NCBI GenBank assembly: GCA_965248355.1
Contig: OZ252098.1
Span: 4,416,001-4,480,000, forward strand
DNA length: 64,000 nt
Reading direction: 5' to 3'
Source: Candidatus Latescibacterota bacterium
Lineage (GTDB): Bacteria > Latescibacterota > UBA2968 > UBA8231
Numbering within the stretch: the first letter of the stretch is position 1; each line of letters begins with the position of its first letter. Positions 8,141-18,462 of the stretch are shown in pieces. The notes beneath the pieces were generated by a model. The model saw nothing but the letters and a program-made list of their open reading frames with translations, was not told the origin of the DNA and did no database searches. The position numbers were made by a program, and so were the translations under genes.

Positions 8141-10596
8141 TGAGAGGATCCCAGTCCGACCCGAAGCCGGCCCCCGGCCTGGTGGCCTCGGCCCTGGTCC
8201 TGGGGGTCGCCGCCGGAGCCGGCGCGGAGGTTGCGCCCACGAGCCGCGAGCACGAGCAGGTCGTGACCCGTGCCCGGCAGGCCTATCGCATCGACATGGG
8301 CGGCACCATGGACGGCGCCAACACCCGCGATCCCGTGGGGTACGGCGTCTACGGACAGGCGTGGGAGCCGAACCGCTTCGTTCTGATGGAGAACGTGGGC
8401 GACCACGACGTCGCGAACCCCTGGATCCTCGTCGATGGCCGGCGAGACTGGCGTTCCGTGGACCACATCCTCTCGGGCATCATCGAGCCGGGCATGACCG
8501 AGGCACGGAAGGCGCGCGCCATCTGGGACTTCGCCCGCCGGCACCGCTACCACTCGACGCCGGGCACGGACGAGGTGAAGGACACGGTCAAGATGCTGAA
8601 CGTGTACGGCTACACCCTGTGCTGGGACGCCGCCTACACCATGTCGAACCTGTGGCAGCGGGCCGGGCTGAAGATCCGCCGGGGCCTGCCCCATGGACAC
8701 TGCACGACGGAGGTGTTCTACGACGGGGCCTACCACCTGCTCGACAGCGACGAGCATCTGCTGGTGCTCATGCGCGACAACCGCACCGTGGCGGGCGAGG
8801 CGGAGATCTCGCGCGACCACGACCTGATGAAGCGGTCCCACGCCTACGGCATCCTGCGGGCCGAGGACCGCAGGACCAACGAGTTCTCGGCCTCCCTGTT
8901 CTGCTACCTGGGGCCGCGCTCGGGCGGCCGCCCCTACATCGGCGGCCACCGCATGGAGATCACCCTGCGGCCGGGGGAGGGGCTGCGCTGGGAGTGGGCC
9001 GACCGCGGCCGCTACCACGGCCTCGGGGACCGGCCGCCGAGGCTGGCCAACGGGCGCCTGCACTACCGGCCGTGGCTCGATTCGGGCTTCGCGCGCTGGA
9101 CGGAGTCGTCATCGAACCTGGAGGGTGGCGGCGGGGGGCTGAGGGTCCTCGATCCGGGGGAGGAAGCCAGTGTCGTCTACCGGCTGCGGAGTCCCTACGT
9201 GTTCGTCGGGGGCCGCGTGCGCGTCCAGCTGGCGCCCGGGAGCGGCGCCTGGCGTCTGGAGATGGCCCGCGAGGGCCAGGACGACTGGACGCACCTGGCC
9301 GATGTCCCCGCGGACGGGGAACTCTCCCTCGACGGCGGTTTCCCGCGGCCGACGGCCTGCTACGAGTACCGCCTGCGGCTGCGCGGTTCCGGCGGCGGCA
9401 TCGCCGCCCTGGAGATCGAGTCCGACCTGCAGATGGCGCCCCTGTCCCTGCCGGCCCTCGAGCTGGGGGCGAACGAGATCGTCTACACCGACGAGACCCC
9501 GGGCCCGCGCCGGGTGCGCCTCGCGCACGCCTGGCAGGAGCGGGAGGACCTGACGCCGCCCCCGGCTCCGGCGCGCGCCCTTCATCCGCCGGCGGGGGGC
9601 GAGGTGGCGGGCACGCAGATCCGGTTCCGCTGGGAGCCGGTGCCGGAGGCCGCGGACTACCATTTCGAGCTCTCCCGCCACGCCGACATGCGCCGGGCCC
9701 TGTCGCCCGTCTTCGAGAAGCTCTCCTCCAGGACCCCGGCCGCCGGACAGGCCCACTGGCAGATCCCCTTCGAGGGGCTGCTCAACCCGGGCGAGACCTG
9801 TTACTGGCGCGTCCGGGCGCGCAACGCAGGCGGACTGTGGGGGCCCTGGAGCGAGGTCTGGAGCTTCACCCCCCGCGCCCCGGGGGTGCCCCGGGACCTG
9901 GAGCTGGTCACCGACCGGGAGACCCGGTCGATCACCCTTCACTGGCGTGAGGCCGCCGAGGGCACGAGGCCCCAGCGCTACGAGGTCTACGGCAGCGACG
10001 AGCGCGGTTTCACGGCCAGCCTCGATTCCTACGCCGTGTTCACAGGCGGCCCGGAGGCTCGGGATACCCCGGGCAACCGGCTGGCGACCACCGGTGACAC
10101 GTCGATCACCGTCGTGGGCCCTGGGCTGCCCCCGGAGGCCGGCAACCGCGGCTTCTACCGCGTCGTGGCCGTCGACGCCGACGGGATCCGCAGCGGCCCC
10201 TCGGACTACGTGGAGGCCCCGCGGCCGTTCATCCATTCGACACCGCCGGTCAGCATCGCGGCCGGCGAGCGCCGCCTCTACCGGGTGGGGGTGATCCGCT
10301 CCATGGGCGACCTGCGCTCGATCACGGATCCGGAGAAGCAGGGGGATCCGGGGGCCGGGGGACGCTACCAGGCGGCCTTCCGGGACGGCGACGAGCTGCG
10401 GTTCGTCCTCGACGAAGGGCCGGGGTTCATCGCCCTCGACCGGGAGACCGGGGTCATGACCCTGGCCCCCGGCGCCGCCGACGTGAGCACCCACACGGTG
10501 ACCATCCGCGTGCAGAACCGCAACGGCGGCGTCGACGTGCAGGGCTGGGACCTTCGCGTGGCCGACGCTCCGCCGGTCGCCGAGCCGGTCCCCTGA
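8140..10596 (+). CDS. Secreted transglutaminase-like domain protein with FnIII/Ig-like C-terminal domains
   Basis: ATG overlaps the upstream stop (TGATG); signal peptide. Candidate Cys/His/Asp triad in 'YGYTLCWD', 'GHCTTEVFYDG', 'HLLD'. FnIII-like 'YWRVRARN...GPWSE' and 'YRVVAVDADG..SGPS'. Confidence 0.6.
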   Translation: MRGSQSDPKPAPGLVASALVLGVAAGAGAEVAPTSREHEQVVTRARQAYRIDMGGTMDGANTRDPVGYGVYGQAWEPNRFVLMENVGDHDVANPWILVDGRRDWRSVDHILSGIIEPGMTEARKARAIWDFARRHRYHSTPGTDEVKDTVKMLNVYGYTLCWDAAYTMSNLWQRAGLKIRRGLPHGHCTTEVFYDGAYHLLDSDEHLLVLMRDNRTVAGEAEISRDHDLMKRSHAYGILRAEDRRTNEFSASLFCYLGPRSGGRPYIGGHRMEITLRPGEGLRWEWADRGRYHGLGDRPPRLANGRLHYRPWLDSGFARWTESSSNLEGGGGGLRVLDPGEEASVVYRLRSPYVFVGGRVRVQLAPGSGAWRLEMAREGQDDWTHLADVPADGELSLDGGFPRPTACYEYRLRLRGSGGGIAALEIESDLQMAPLSLPALELGANEIVYTDETPGPRRVRLAHAWQEREDLTPPPAPARALHPPAGGEVAGTQIRFRWEPVPEAADYHFELSRHADMRRALSPVFEKLSSRTPAAGQAHWQIPFEGLLNPGETCYWRVRARNAGGLWGPWSEVWSFTPRAPGVPRDLELVTDRETRSITLHWREAAEGTRPQRYEVYGSDERGFTASLDSYAVFTGGPEARDTPGNRLATTGDTSITVVGPGLPPEAGNRGFYRVVAVDADGIRSGPSDYVEAPRPFIHSTPPVSIAAGERRLYRVGVIRSMGDLRSITDPEKQGDPGAGGRYQAAFRDGDELRFVLDEGPGFIALDRETGVMTLAPGAADVSTHTVTIRVQNRNGGVDVQGWDLRVADAPPVAEPVP

Positions 10597-10603
10597 AGGG
10601 GGC

Positions 10604-13132
10604 TCAGCCCCCGGGCTCCGCCATCCCCGCCTCGGCCAGCGCTTCGAGCAGGCAGGGCACCCCGAAGAACACCAGGCTCAGGCCCATGGGGCTCATGCTC
10701 ACGGCGCCCCGCCTCCTGGGGTCGTCGCTCCAGTCCTGCATCTGCATGAGCCGCTCGAGGACGGCCCGGGCGATCTCGAGGTAGGCCGGCCGGCCGGTGA
10801 GGCGCCAGGCGTAGGCCAGGTGCCGGCAGATGATCCCGTAGTAGTGCTGCTGCAGGGCGAACTCCGGCCCCGTGGCCCCGGGCCCGCCGCAGAACCAGTC
10901 CACGGCCCGGACGTAGACCTCGGCCACGTCCTGCCTCCCCGTGAGCCGGTGCAGCAGCTCGATGCCGATCAGCAGGTAGTGGGTCTGGTAGCCCTTCTGG
11001 TCCTCGTAGGGCATGACCCGCAGGATCGGCGCATCCCCGCCCCGCAGGGCCAGCAGCTCCTCGTCGCTGAAGGGGGGCGCCCCGAGCTCCACCGCCAGGG
11101 TCGTGCCCTCGGAGGCCATGCCGTACGGGCTCTGCACCGGCTGCCGGTCCGGCGTCGACACCTGGAAGCGCTTGTGCCAGCTGCCGTCGTCGTTCTGGCC
11201 CCGGGCGATGACCTCGTAGACCTCCTCCGCCCGCCGCAGGAAGGCCTCCTCCCCCGTCACCTCGTACACGTACAGCAGTCCGCGCAGGGCGTTGGCGATG
11301 CTGCGCAGGCTGAAGCTGTACTGGGGGTCCTCGGTCCAGTGGAAACCGCGCAGGAAGCCCCCGGCCTCGCGCAGCACCTCCAGGGTGCGCAGGTCGCCGG
11401 TCACGTAGTAGTGGTCGACCCAGTTGTCGATGAAGGTGTGGGAGGCGCAGGGCTCGTCGCCGAAGTGGTCGACGCTGTGGCGGTAGCAGCCGCCCACGAA
11501 GTAGGGACGGAAGGGGTGCCAGTGACAGGTGTCGACGTCGACCGAGTGCCGGGTCATCGCCTCGGCGAGGTCGAACCACTCCGGCTCTCCGGTCCGCAGG
11601 TATTCGATCCACACCCCGTGGCGCGGGTCCCACTCGCTGTTGCACCAGCCCCAGCGCCCGGTGAAGCGCCAGTCGCCGCCGGCCTCGTCCCAGGCCACGA
11701 GGGCGTCGCCGTAGTCGAAGAAGCCGTACCAGCGGCCCAGCCGGATCTGGCGCTCCATCCATTCCACGAAGCCGGAGAGCATGCGGTCGGAGCGCGGGAA
11801 GGCGCCGGCCGGGGCGAATCCCCCGGTCACCTGGCATCGGGACAGATGACCCGGGTCGACCGCCGCGTGGGGCGGCCGCAGCAGGCCGCGCAGACTCCCC
11901 ACGGCGCTCTCCGAGTCTCCGGGGGCGAACCAGGCGGCGAACAACTCCGTCGTCCGGGCCGCGCCGGTGCCGTCGGAGTAGACCCCCTCGCCTTCGTGCC
12001 AGGCCACCTCCTCCGAGTAGCGCTCCAGGCTCAGGAGCCGGCCCTCGGGGTGATGCCAGGGCATGGCCGCGATGCCGCCGCCGCCGGCCTGCAGCGCAGT
12101 CGGATGCTGCTCGGCCATGTGGCGCATGGCCACGCCCAGCCCCCCGGCGGCGCTCTCCGCCGTGAGCCAGCCTTCGGTGCGCTCCCCCTCGCTGACCCGG
12201 GGCCCGCCGGAGCCGGTCTCGAGCTGGCGGAAGTGGTTGTCCTCCTGCTGGGCCAGCAGCAGCTCGCCGCCTGGGGACAGGGTCACCGCGCGGTGCGGCT
12301 CCGAGGCGGACCGGCAGAGGATCCCGCCGCCTCCATCTCGCAGCGGCAGGCGCAGGCCGATCTCGGAGACCTGCGTCTCGCGCGGGTTCAGGTGGAAGAC
12401 GAGGGTGTGCTGCAGACGCACGAAGGGCTGGCCCGCCCAGGCGTGGATGCGCAGCACGAAGCGCAGGGGCCGGTAGCCGCTGTAGTGGTGCATCGGCGCC
12501 CGCTGCTCCAGGGCTCCCCGGCAGGTGACCACGGTGCGCAGGGGACCGGCCTCTTCCACCTCCACGGACCATTCCTCCGGCGCCAGGCTGGCCAGGCACT
12601 CGCCGCCCATGCCGTAGATCCGTCGCCTCGTGCCGCCGAGGAACTCCCCCTCGCGGATCCGCGCCCACAACTCGCCGCCGCCCTCGCCCGACAGGTCGGT
12701 CTCCGCCTGGAAGACGCCGTCGCGCCGGCGGCCCAGCTCGACCCGGTCGAAGGGCCGGGCGCCCACCCGGGAGAGGGAGAAGCGCAGGGGGCCGGTGCAG
12801 AGGACGACGGCCTCTTCCGTCTCGGCCACCTCGACCGCCTGCGCCGGGGAGACCGCCCCCGGTCCGCCGCCCTGAAGGTGGTAGACCGATGGCTCGCCGC
12901 CGTCGACGTGGCCCTGGAAGTCGGCCAGCACCCATTTGAGCGAGCCGTCCGGCCAGCGCGCCAGGGGCCTCAGCTGTACCGGGACGACGTCGCCCCCGGG
13001 CCCGGCCAGCGTCAGCTTGCCGGTCTCGCCCACGGCCCCCTCCGGCAGCGGCACGCCGCGGGTCAGCGGCCACCCCGTGCACGCGCGCCCGTCGCGGTCC
13101 GTCACCGTCAGTCGAATCGGTTCCATCGTCAT
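10604..13132 (-). CDS. PcRGLX/YetA-like (exo-rhamnogalacturonan lyase-like) protein
   Basis: Start reassigned to ATG 13132 (ATGA overlap with upstream gene). Motifs 'PLTRGVPLPEG', 'RWPDGSLKW', 'WYGFFDYGD', 'GWCNSEWD', 'AMTRHSVDVD'. No signal peptide. Confidence 0.7.
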   Translation of the reverse strand: MTMEPIRLTVTDRDGRACTGWPLTRGVPLPEGAVGETGKLTLAGPGGDVVPVQLRPLARWPDGSLKWVLADFQGHVDGGEPSVYHLQGGGPGAVSPAQAVEVAETEEAVVLCTGPLRFSLSRVGARPFDRVELGRRRDGVFQAETDLSGEGGGELWARIREGEFLGGTRRRIYGMGGECLASLAPEEWSVEVEEAGPLRTVVTCRGALEQRAPMHHYSGYRPLRFVLRIHAWAGQPFVRLQHTLVFHLNPRETQVSEIGLRLPLRDGGGGILCRSASEPHRAVTLSPGGELLLAQQEDNHFRQLETGSGGPRVSEGERTEGWLTAESAAGGLGVAMRHMAEQHPTALQAGGGGIAAMPWHHPEGRLLSLERYSEEVAWHEGEGVYSDGTGAARTTELFAAWFAPGDSESAVGSLRGLLRPPHAAVDPGHLSRCQVTGGFAPAGAFPRSDRMLSGFVEWMERQIRLGRWYGFFDYGDALVAWDEAGGDWRFTGRWGWCNSEWDPRHGVWIEYLRTGEPEWFDLAEAMTRHSVDVDTCHWHPFRPYFVGGCYRHSVDHFGDEPCASHTFIDNWVDHYYVTGDLRTLEVLREAGGFLRGFHWTEDPQYSFSLRSIANALRGLLYVYEVTGEEAFLRRAEEVYEVIARGQNDDGSWHKRFQVSTPDRQPVQSPYGMASEGTTLAVELGAPPFSDEELLALRGGDAPILRVMPYEDQKGYQTHYLLIGIELLHRLTGRQDVAEVYVRAVDWFCGGPGATGPEFALQQHYYGIICRHLAYAWRLTGRPAYLEIARAVLERLMQMQDWSDDPRRRGAVSMSPMGLSLVFFGVPCLLEALAEAGMAEPGG

Positions 13133-15243
13133 CGCCGCGCCTCCTCGACCATCAGGGTTCCGGCTTCGAGGCTGCGCTCGCTGATGGCCCGCACCTCGTC
13201 GGCGCTGGTGCTTCCGTCGCCGTACAGCTCGGCCGCGTAGCGCACCTCGAAGACCGTGCCGGCGGGCACCGGGTTCTGCCCCGGGTGGAGGTTGACGTGC
13301 ACGTCGATATAGTTGCCGCACACGGAGTAGTGGAAGGGGACCTCGGGGTGCTGGGGGTTCTCGAAGAAGGCCAGGACATTGCCCCGGTCGGCGGAGAAGA
13401 GGCCGTAGAACAGGTGCGGTCCCGGGTCGCCCGTGCCCGGGCTGTGGACGCTGCAGTCCGGGCGCAGTGTGTAGATCAGCGACGAGCCGCCCCGGGTCAT
13501 GAACAGCACGGCGTCGTGCAGCCAGGTCTCCACCAGCCGCGAGGGGTAGGGGAAGATGTCGGAGAACTCCACGTTGGCGCCCTCCCACTGCTGGTCCACC
13601 TCCATGCGCATGCGCACCTCGATCCGGGGCCGCGGATGGCCGCCGGGGATCGTCAGCCAGGTCCGCGACCGGGCCCGCCGGTTGGGGTTGGTGCCGCTGA
13701 AGCAGAGCCGCACCCGCTCCGGACCGTTCTCCAGCACCTCGAAGGCGTCGTTGGTGTTGCAGTAGTGGTGGCGCGAGATGCCGCAGGAGAGGAACCAGGC
13801 CATGGGCATCTCCCAGAGGACGGGCTCCGTCTGGCCGTGGTTCGTCCAGCGGTGCACGGCGCCGCTGAACAGGTCCAGCTCCAGCTCGGGACGCTCCTTG
13901 TTGCGGCTGCTCCAGACGGCCACGTCGCGGCGGTTGCCGGCGCGGCGCTGCAGGTCGACGCCGGTGATCTCGCTCTGGTAGGCGGCCTGGATGCCGGGGA
14001 CCTTGTCGATGCCTATGGTCGTCGGCGAATCCGCCTTGAGGGCGGTGCTGACGATGACGTCGTCCACCGAGTCGTTGCGGTGGCTCATCTCCATGACCAC
14101 GCAGATGTCGTCGGTGAGCTCTCCCTCCGACATCAGCTGCGCCCGCGTGACCTCGCCGTCGACGGTGGCCACGACGCCGCCGCGGTGGCGCAGGTCGGTC
14201 TTGCGCCGGTAGTGGCGCAGGCGCACGGTGCGCTCGTGCTCGTCGGGGGGGAAGGTGACGCGCACCGAGGCCGGGTCGCCCTGGCCGACCTCGTAGGTCC
14301 CGTCCTCGGGGGTGTAGCAGCGGAAGCCGCCGCCGTGGACCTCGGGGGTCAGCGGTTCCTGCACGGCGGCGATGCGGTGGTGCAGATCGGCTTCGTCCGC
14401 GGCTGCGGAGAGCACCAGGGTCGCGGCGTGGGTGACATCGGGCTCGGCGCCGTCCTCGAGCCAGGCGAGCCTCACCTGGGGGCCTTCGCTGCACAGGATC
14501 GCGTGCACCGCCGCCGAGGGCGAGCGCTTCCAGCCGAGGTTGCCCCGGGCCCACTGCTGCATGCCCGTGGGCCAGCGCGAGGCGTAGAAGGGCGGCACCG
14601 CGCCGTGGTCGTAGCCGAGGGTCAGCGTCTCTCCCTCGTCGCGCTGCCAGTAGAGGCCCAGCGGGGGCCGCCCCGGGCCGGAGAACAAGATCCGCCTGGA
14701 GGCCAGCTCCTCGCCGAAGGCCCGGCGCAGGCTGGTCCCCGACTCGTTCAGCTCCGCGTCTCCCACGCGCACCCGGCGGTATCCGGCGTCGCCGTCGATC
14801 TCCGCCCAGACCGCTTCCACGGGGCCGTGGCCCACCGGGTCGACCGTCTGCAGCGCCCAGCTCACGTGCAGGTCGCCTTCCGGGTAGATCCAGATGTCCT
14901 GGCGGCCGTCGCCGTGGTAGCGTCCGTCCTCGTCGAGCAGGTCGAAGGCGACCCGCATGCCGAGGCGCACCGGCCCCTCCTCCAGGAAGTGGAACTTCGG
15001 CGCCGGGTCGTTCTCCTGGCGCACGAGCCGGGTGCCCCCGCCGGACGGGGACCGCAGGCGCAGTCGCGTCCCCAGGCTCACGAGGTGCGCGGGGGCCTCG
15101 CCCGGGGCCGGGGGCTCGGGGACTTCCCCGGGGTCGCGGGCCACGTGCAGGACGCCGCCGCGGTGGCGGGCGAAATGGACGGCCGCGGTACCGATGCGGC
15201 CGAGCCAGTGGGTGCGCAGGTCGGCGAAGGTGCCGTCAGCCAT
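13129..15243 (-). CDS. Hypothetical protein (704 aa, beta-rich, no signal peptide)
   Basis: Long ORF with natural amino-acid composition, coupled to the downstream gene. No family recognised. Confidence 0.7.
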   Translation of the reverse strand: MADGTFADLRTHWLGRIGTAAVHFARHRGGVLHVARDPGEVPEPPAPGEAPAHLVSLGTRLRLRSPSGGGTRLVRQENDPAPKFHFLEEGPVRLGMRVAFDLLDEDGRYHGDGRQDIWIYPEGDLHVSWALQTVDPVGHGPVEAVWAEIDGDAGYRRVRVGDAELNESGTSLRRAFGEELASRRILFSGPGRPPLGLYWQRDEGETLTLGYDHGAVPPFYASRWPTGMQQWARGNLGWKRSPSAAVHAILCSEGPQVRLAWLEDGAEPDVTHAATLVLSAAADEADLHHRIAAVQEPLTPEVHGGGFRCYTPEDGTYEVGQGDPASVRVTFPPDEHERTVRLRHYRRKTDLRHRGGVVATVDGEVTRAQLMSEGELTDDICVVMEMSHRNDSVDDVIVSTALKADSPTTIGIDKVPGIQAAYQSEITGVDLQRRAGNRRDVAVWSSRNKERPELELDLFSGAVHRWTNHGQTEPVLWEMPMAWFLSCGISRHHYCNTNDAFEVLENGPERVRLCFSGTNPNRRARSRTWLTIPGGHPRPRIEVRMRMEVDQQWEGANVEFSDIFPYPSRLVETWLHDAVLFMTRGGSSLIYTLRPDCSVHSPGTGDPGPHLFYGLFSADRGNVLAFFENPQHPEVPFHYSVCGNYIDVHVNLHPGQNPVPAGTVFEVRYAAELYGDGSTSADEVRAISERSLEAGTLMVEEARR

Positions 15244-15269
15244 GGCGGTGCTCTCCCGATCCGGTCACA

Positions 15270-16907
15270 TCATTCGATCCAGAAGGAGTAGATCCCGGCG
15301 CGATCGAGGCGGAAGGAGAGGCGCACGTAGCGGTCCTTGAGCGGACGCAGGGAGTCGCCGCCCGACCACGACATGGGCGCCCGCAGGCTGTCGCCGCGCA
15401 AGGGAGCGCAGTCGGCGAAGTCGAGACCGGCGATGGGTGTTCCGTCCTCCTCGAGGACGGCGGCTTTCACCGATCCGCCCTCGGCCGCGTGGGCGTTGAC
15501 GCACAGGGTGCCGGCGCCGCCGAACACCAGAGGCCGGGTGGTCACCTCGCCGGGCTCGGCGCCGGCTTCGAGGGAGACGAAGCGGTCGCGGTCCAGGACC
15601 CCGAGCCCCAGGCCGGACTGCCAGTGGCTGTTCGGCAGGGTCAGCCCCGGATAGCCGGGGATGCCGCCGTAATGCCCGTGGTAGTAGAACCGGACCTCGT
15701 CCGGCCCGATCACCGGGCCGGCGGTGGTGGATCGCGGAGCCATGCGCAGGTAGTGGGCGTCCCAGGCGTCGTGGCCGCCGTTGGGGATGAAGGCCCGGCG
15801 GTCGGCCAGGTAGTACCAGTGCCGCCCGTCGCGGCTGCCGGCCAGCCGGATCCAGTTGCGCTTGAAGCCGCTGGCGTGCCTCGGCGTCGCCTCGCCGGAC
15901 GGCCCCGGGACGTTGGCCGTCATGGACAGACAACCCAGCCACATGTCCTCGTAGGGGAACCCGTCGGCCTCGTAGATCCCGTACATCCCCGGGGTGCGCG
16001 CGTCCTCGGCGTCTGGGTAGGCGTAGATCCGCGGGGCGCTCCAGTGGATCAGGTCGTCGCTCTCCGCCCAGCCGGCCACGCGCGCTTCGTACCGGCCCTT
16101 CGAACCCCCGTCCGGGGCGTGGACGTAGAACGGAAACCGCGGGTCCGGGCCGACCGTATGCTTGGTGTGGGCCACGTACTTGCCGAGAACCGGGTCCCAG
16201 CGGATCTGCAGGACATCGCCCAGGCCCTCCGGGAAGGGGTCCTCGGGGCCGGTGTGGCGGAAGGCGGAGGAGCCCTTGCGCAACAGGGTCGTGTCGGCCC
16301 GCCAGGTCCAGCGCCGTCCGTCCGCGGAGGTGTAGAGGGCGATGTAGACGGTGGGGCCGGTGAAGGGGCCATCTCCCGGCGACGGGCGGGGCCGCCCGTT
16401 GTCGCGCAGGATCATCTTCCAGCGGCGCTCCGGATCGGGCTCCCAGGGCTCGAAGAGCAACCCGTGGAGCTGGCCCTGCATCGGCCGCCAGGGGGCGGTC
16501 GGATGATTGCGGCCCAGGACCGGCTCGGTGTCGAACCGCCAGTCGAGGCCGTCGCCGGAGGAGGCCGTCCACAGCGGCCGCCTGCCGCCGCCCGTGGGTT
16601 CCGGCGCCCCGGCCAGCCGCCCCCGCCAGCCGTTTCCGAAGAGGCGGTAGCCGCCCTCCGGCTCGGGGTGCACGTAGCAGGCCCACAGGTCCTCCACGAG
16701 GGGGTTGGCCGGATGCTTGCGCACCGGGTGCAGCCGCCGCCGCAGGTTCGTGCTGCGGGCGATCAAGCAGGTGTCGGCGAAGAGCTGCCGAGAGCCGTCG
16801 ATTCTGGTGCGCCAGCATGAGAGATCCTGCGGAAAACAGGCCTTCTCGTTCAGCAGCAGGCTGTAACCCTGCGGAAAGGCCGACCAGTCGGCGGTGGGCG
16901 AGGTCAT
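15270..16907 (-). CDS. Putative five-bladed beta-propeller glycoside hydrolase-like protein
   Basis: AAGGAG RBS upstream. Repeated 'S.DG..W' / 'SDDLIHWS' blade motifs; C-terminal 'DRFVSLEAG...VTTRPL' and 'YSFW' sandwich domain. Confidence 0.55.
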   Translation of the reverse strand: MTSPTADWSAFPQGYSLLLNEKACFPQDLSCWRTRIDGSRQLFADTCLIARSTNLRRRLHPVRKHPANPLVEDLWACYVHPEPEGGYRLFGNGWRGRLAGAPEPTGGGRRPLWTASSGDGLDWRFDTEPVLGRNHPTAPWRPMQGQLHGLLFEPWEPDPERRWKMILRDNGRPRPSPGDGPFTGPTVYIALYTSADGRRWTWRADTTLLRKGSSAFRHTGPEDPFPEGLGDVLQIRWDPVLGKYVAHTKHTVGPDPRFPFYVHAPDGGSKGRYEARVAGWAESDDLIHWSAPRIYAYPDAEDARTPGMYGIYEADGFPYEDMWLGCLSMTANVPGPSGEATPRHASGFKRNWIRLAGSRDGRHWYYLADRRAFIPNGGHDAWDAHYLRMAPRSTTAGPVIGPDEVRFYYHGHYGGIPGYPGLTLPNSHWQSGLGLGVLDRDRFVSLEAGAEPGEVTTRPLVFGGAGTLCVNAHAAEGGSVKAAVLEEDGTPIAGLDFADCAPLRGDSLRAPMSWSGGDSLRPLKDRYVRLSFRLDRAGIYSFWIE

Positions 16908-17184
16908 GGGTTCTCCTTAGGCTCCGGTGCGTGTCTCCGGCGAGTTGGCCCCGCCGGACGGCGCGCCTCGGGGCCTACGTTACCCGGAGGACGGACTCCC
17001 GGTCAACCTTCGTCCCGGTCGACCCGGGGCGCCGGCGCGTCTTCCCGTCGCCCGGGGTCCCGGCGGGGCGTCTCAGGCGATGGCCTGCCGCCGGTCGCCG
17101 GCAGCACCGCGGCGCGGTATTGTAAGGGCGCTGAGCGCAACCGGCTCATGGACGCGAGCCGGGCGCCCGAGGACATCCGCGAGC

Positions 17185-18462
17185 ATGCCCACCGTCCTTC
17201 TCGTCGCCCCCTACTTCCTGCCCCGGCGCCGCGTCGGCGCCATGCGCCCGCTGCGGTTCGCCATCCACCTGCGCGAGTTCGGCTGGGACCCGGTGGTCAT
17301 GACCATCGCCTCCAGGGGGTCCCTGACGACCCGCGAGGCCGAGCTCCTGGAGGGGATCCCCGTCGTCGAGCTGCGCCCGCCCTTCGACCTGACGGGGGGG
17401 TCGGAAAGCCAGCTGGGCGGGGGGGAGGGCCGGGGTGCGGCGGGCCGGGGGCTGCTCCGGCTGCCTCTCCCGGTGGACGGCTGGCTGCCCTTCTTCCTGT
17501 GGGCGTACGGGCGGATTCTCCGGGAGGTGCGGCGCATCCGCCCCGACGCCGTGTGGAGCACGGGCGATCCGTGGTCCGGCCTGGTGATCACCGAGAGATT
17601 CTGCCGGCGGCTGGGAATCCCCTGGATCGCCGACTTCCGGGATCCGTGGACGATCTGCCGGGTCCGTTCCCGGGGGCGCGGGCCGGTCGTGCGCGCCCTG
17701 GACCGGCACTTCGAGGGCCGCGTCCTGCGGGGGGCGGACGCGATCCTCTTCCAGGCCACGGAGACGGAGCGCCGTTACCGCGAGCGCTTCGCGGAGCTCG
17801 GCCTGCGCACGAGGACGATCACCAACAGCTTCGACGAGGCCCTGCTGGCCGATCCGGTCTTCGCGGGGGGAGCCCCGCCGCCGGAGCCCGGCGACCGGCT
17901 CGACATCGGCTTCTTCGGCCGTTTCCGGGAGATGTCTCCAGCCGGCCCCATGATCGAGGCCCTCGCCCAAGCCGGCCGGCGCGATCCGCAGCTGGCCGCG
18001 GCGGTGCACGTCCATTCCTTCGGGCCCCTGAACGCGGCCGACCAGGCCCTCGCCGAGGCCCACGGCCTGGCGGACCGGTTCCACGCGGAGGCGGCCGTGC
18101 CCCTGGAGGAGGCCCTGTCGGCGCTGCGGCGCTTCGACATCCTCTTGTTGAGCACCCACCCCGACCGCGACGAGATCATCCCCGCCAAGCTGCTGGAGTA
18201 CCTGGCGGTGGGCCGCCCGATCCTGTCCCTGTCTCCGAATCCCGAGGTCGCCGGGATCCTGGAGGAGACCGGCACGGGGGTGCAGCTGCCGGTGGACGAT
18301 GCCCCCGGCCTCGCCGACCTCCTGGTCGCCTGCGCGGGCGCCAAACGGGAAGGGCGCCCGCTGCCCATTCCCTTCGCCTGCGACCGGGAGCGGGTGGCGG
18401 TGTACGAGGCCCGGGCCACCACCGGCCAGCTCGCCGACCTGCTGGACTCCATCGCCCGATGA
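17185..18462 (+). CDS. Glycosyltransferase family 4
   Basis: Start at MPTVLLVAPYFLP. Motifs 'GAMRPLRFA.HL..FGW', 'WIADFRDPW', 'IPAKLLEYLA.GRPIL'. Confidence 0.85.
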   Translation: MPTVLLVAPYFLPRRRVGAMRPLRFAIHLREFGWDPVVMTIASRGSLTTREAELLEGIPVVELRPPFDLTGGSESQLGGGEGRGAAGRGLLRLPLPVDGWLPFFLWAYGRILREVRRIRPDAVWSTGDPWSGLVITERFCRRLGIPWIADFRDPWTICRVRSRGRGPVVRALDRHFEGRVLRGADAILFQATETERRYRERFAELGLRTRTITNSFDEALLADPVFAGGAPPPEPGDRLDIGFFGRFREMSPAGPMIEALAQAGRRDPQLAAAVHVHSFGPLNAADQALAEAHGLADRFHAEAAVPLEEALSALRRFDILLLSTHPDRDEIIPAKLLEYLAVGRPILSLSPNPEVAGILEETGTGVQLPVDDAPGLADLLVACAGAKREGRPLPIPFACDRERVAVYEARATTGQLADLLDSIAR

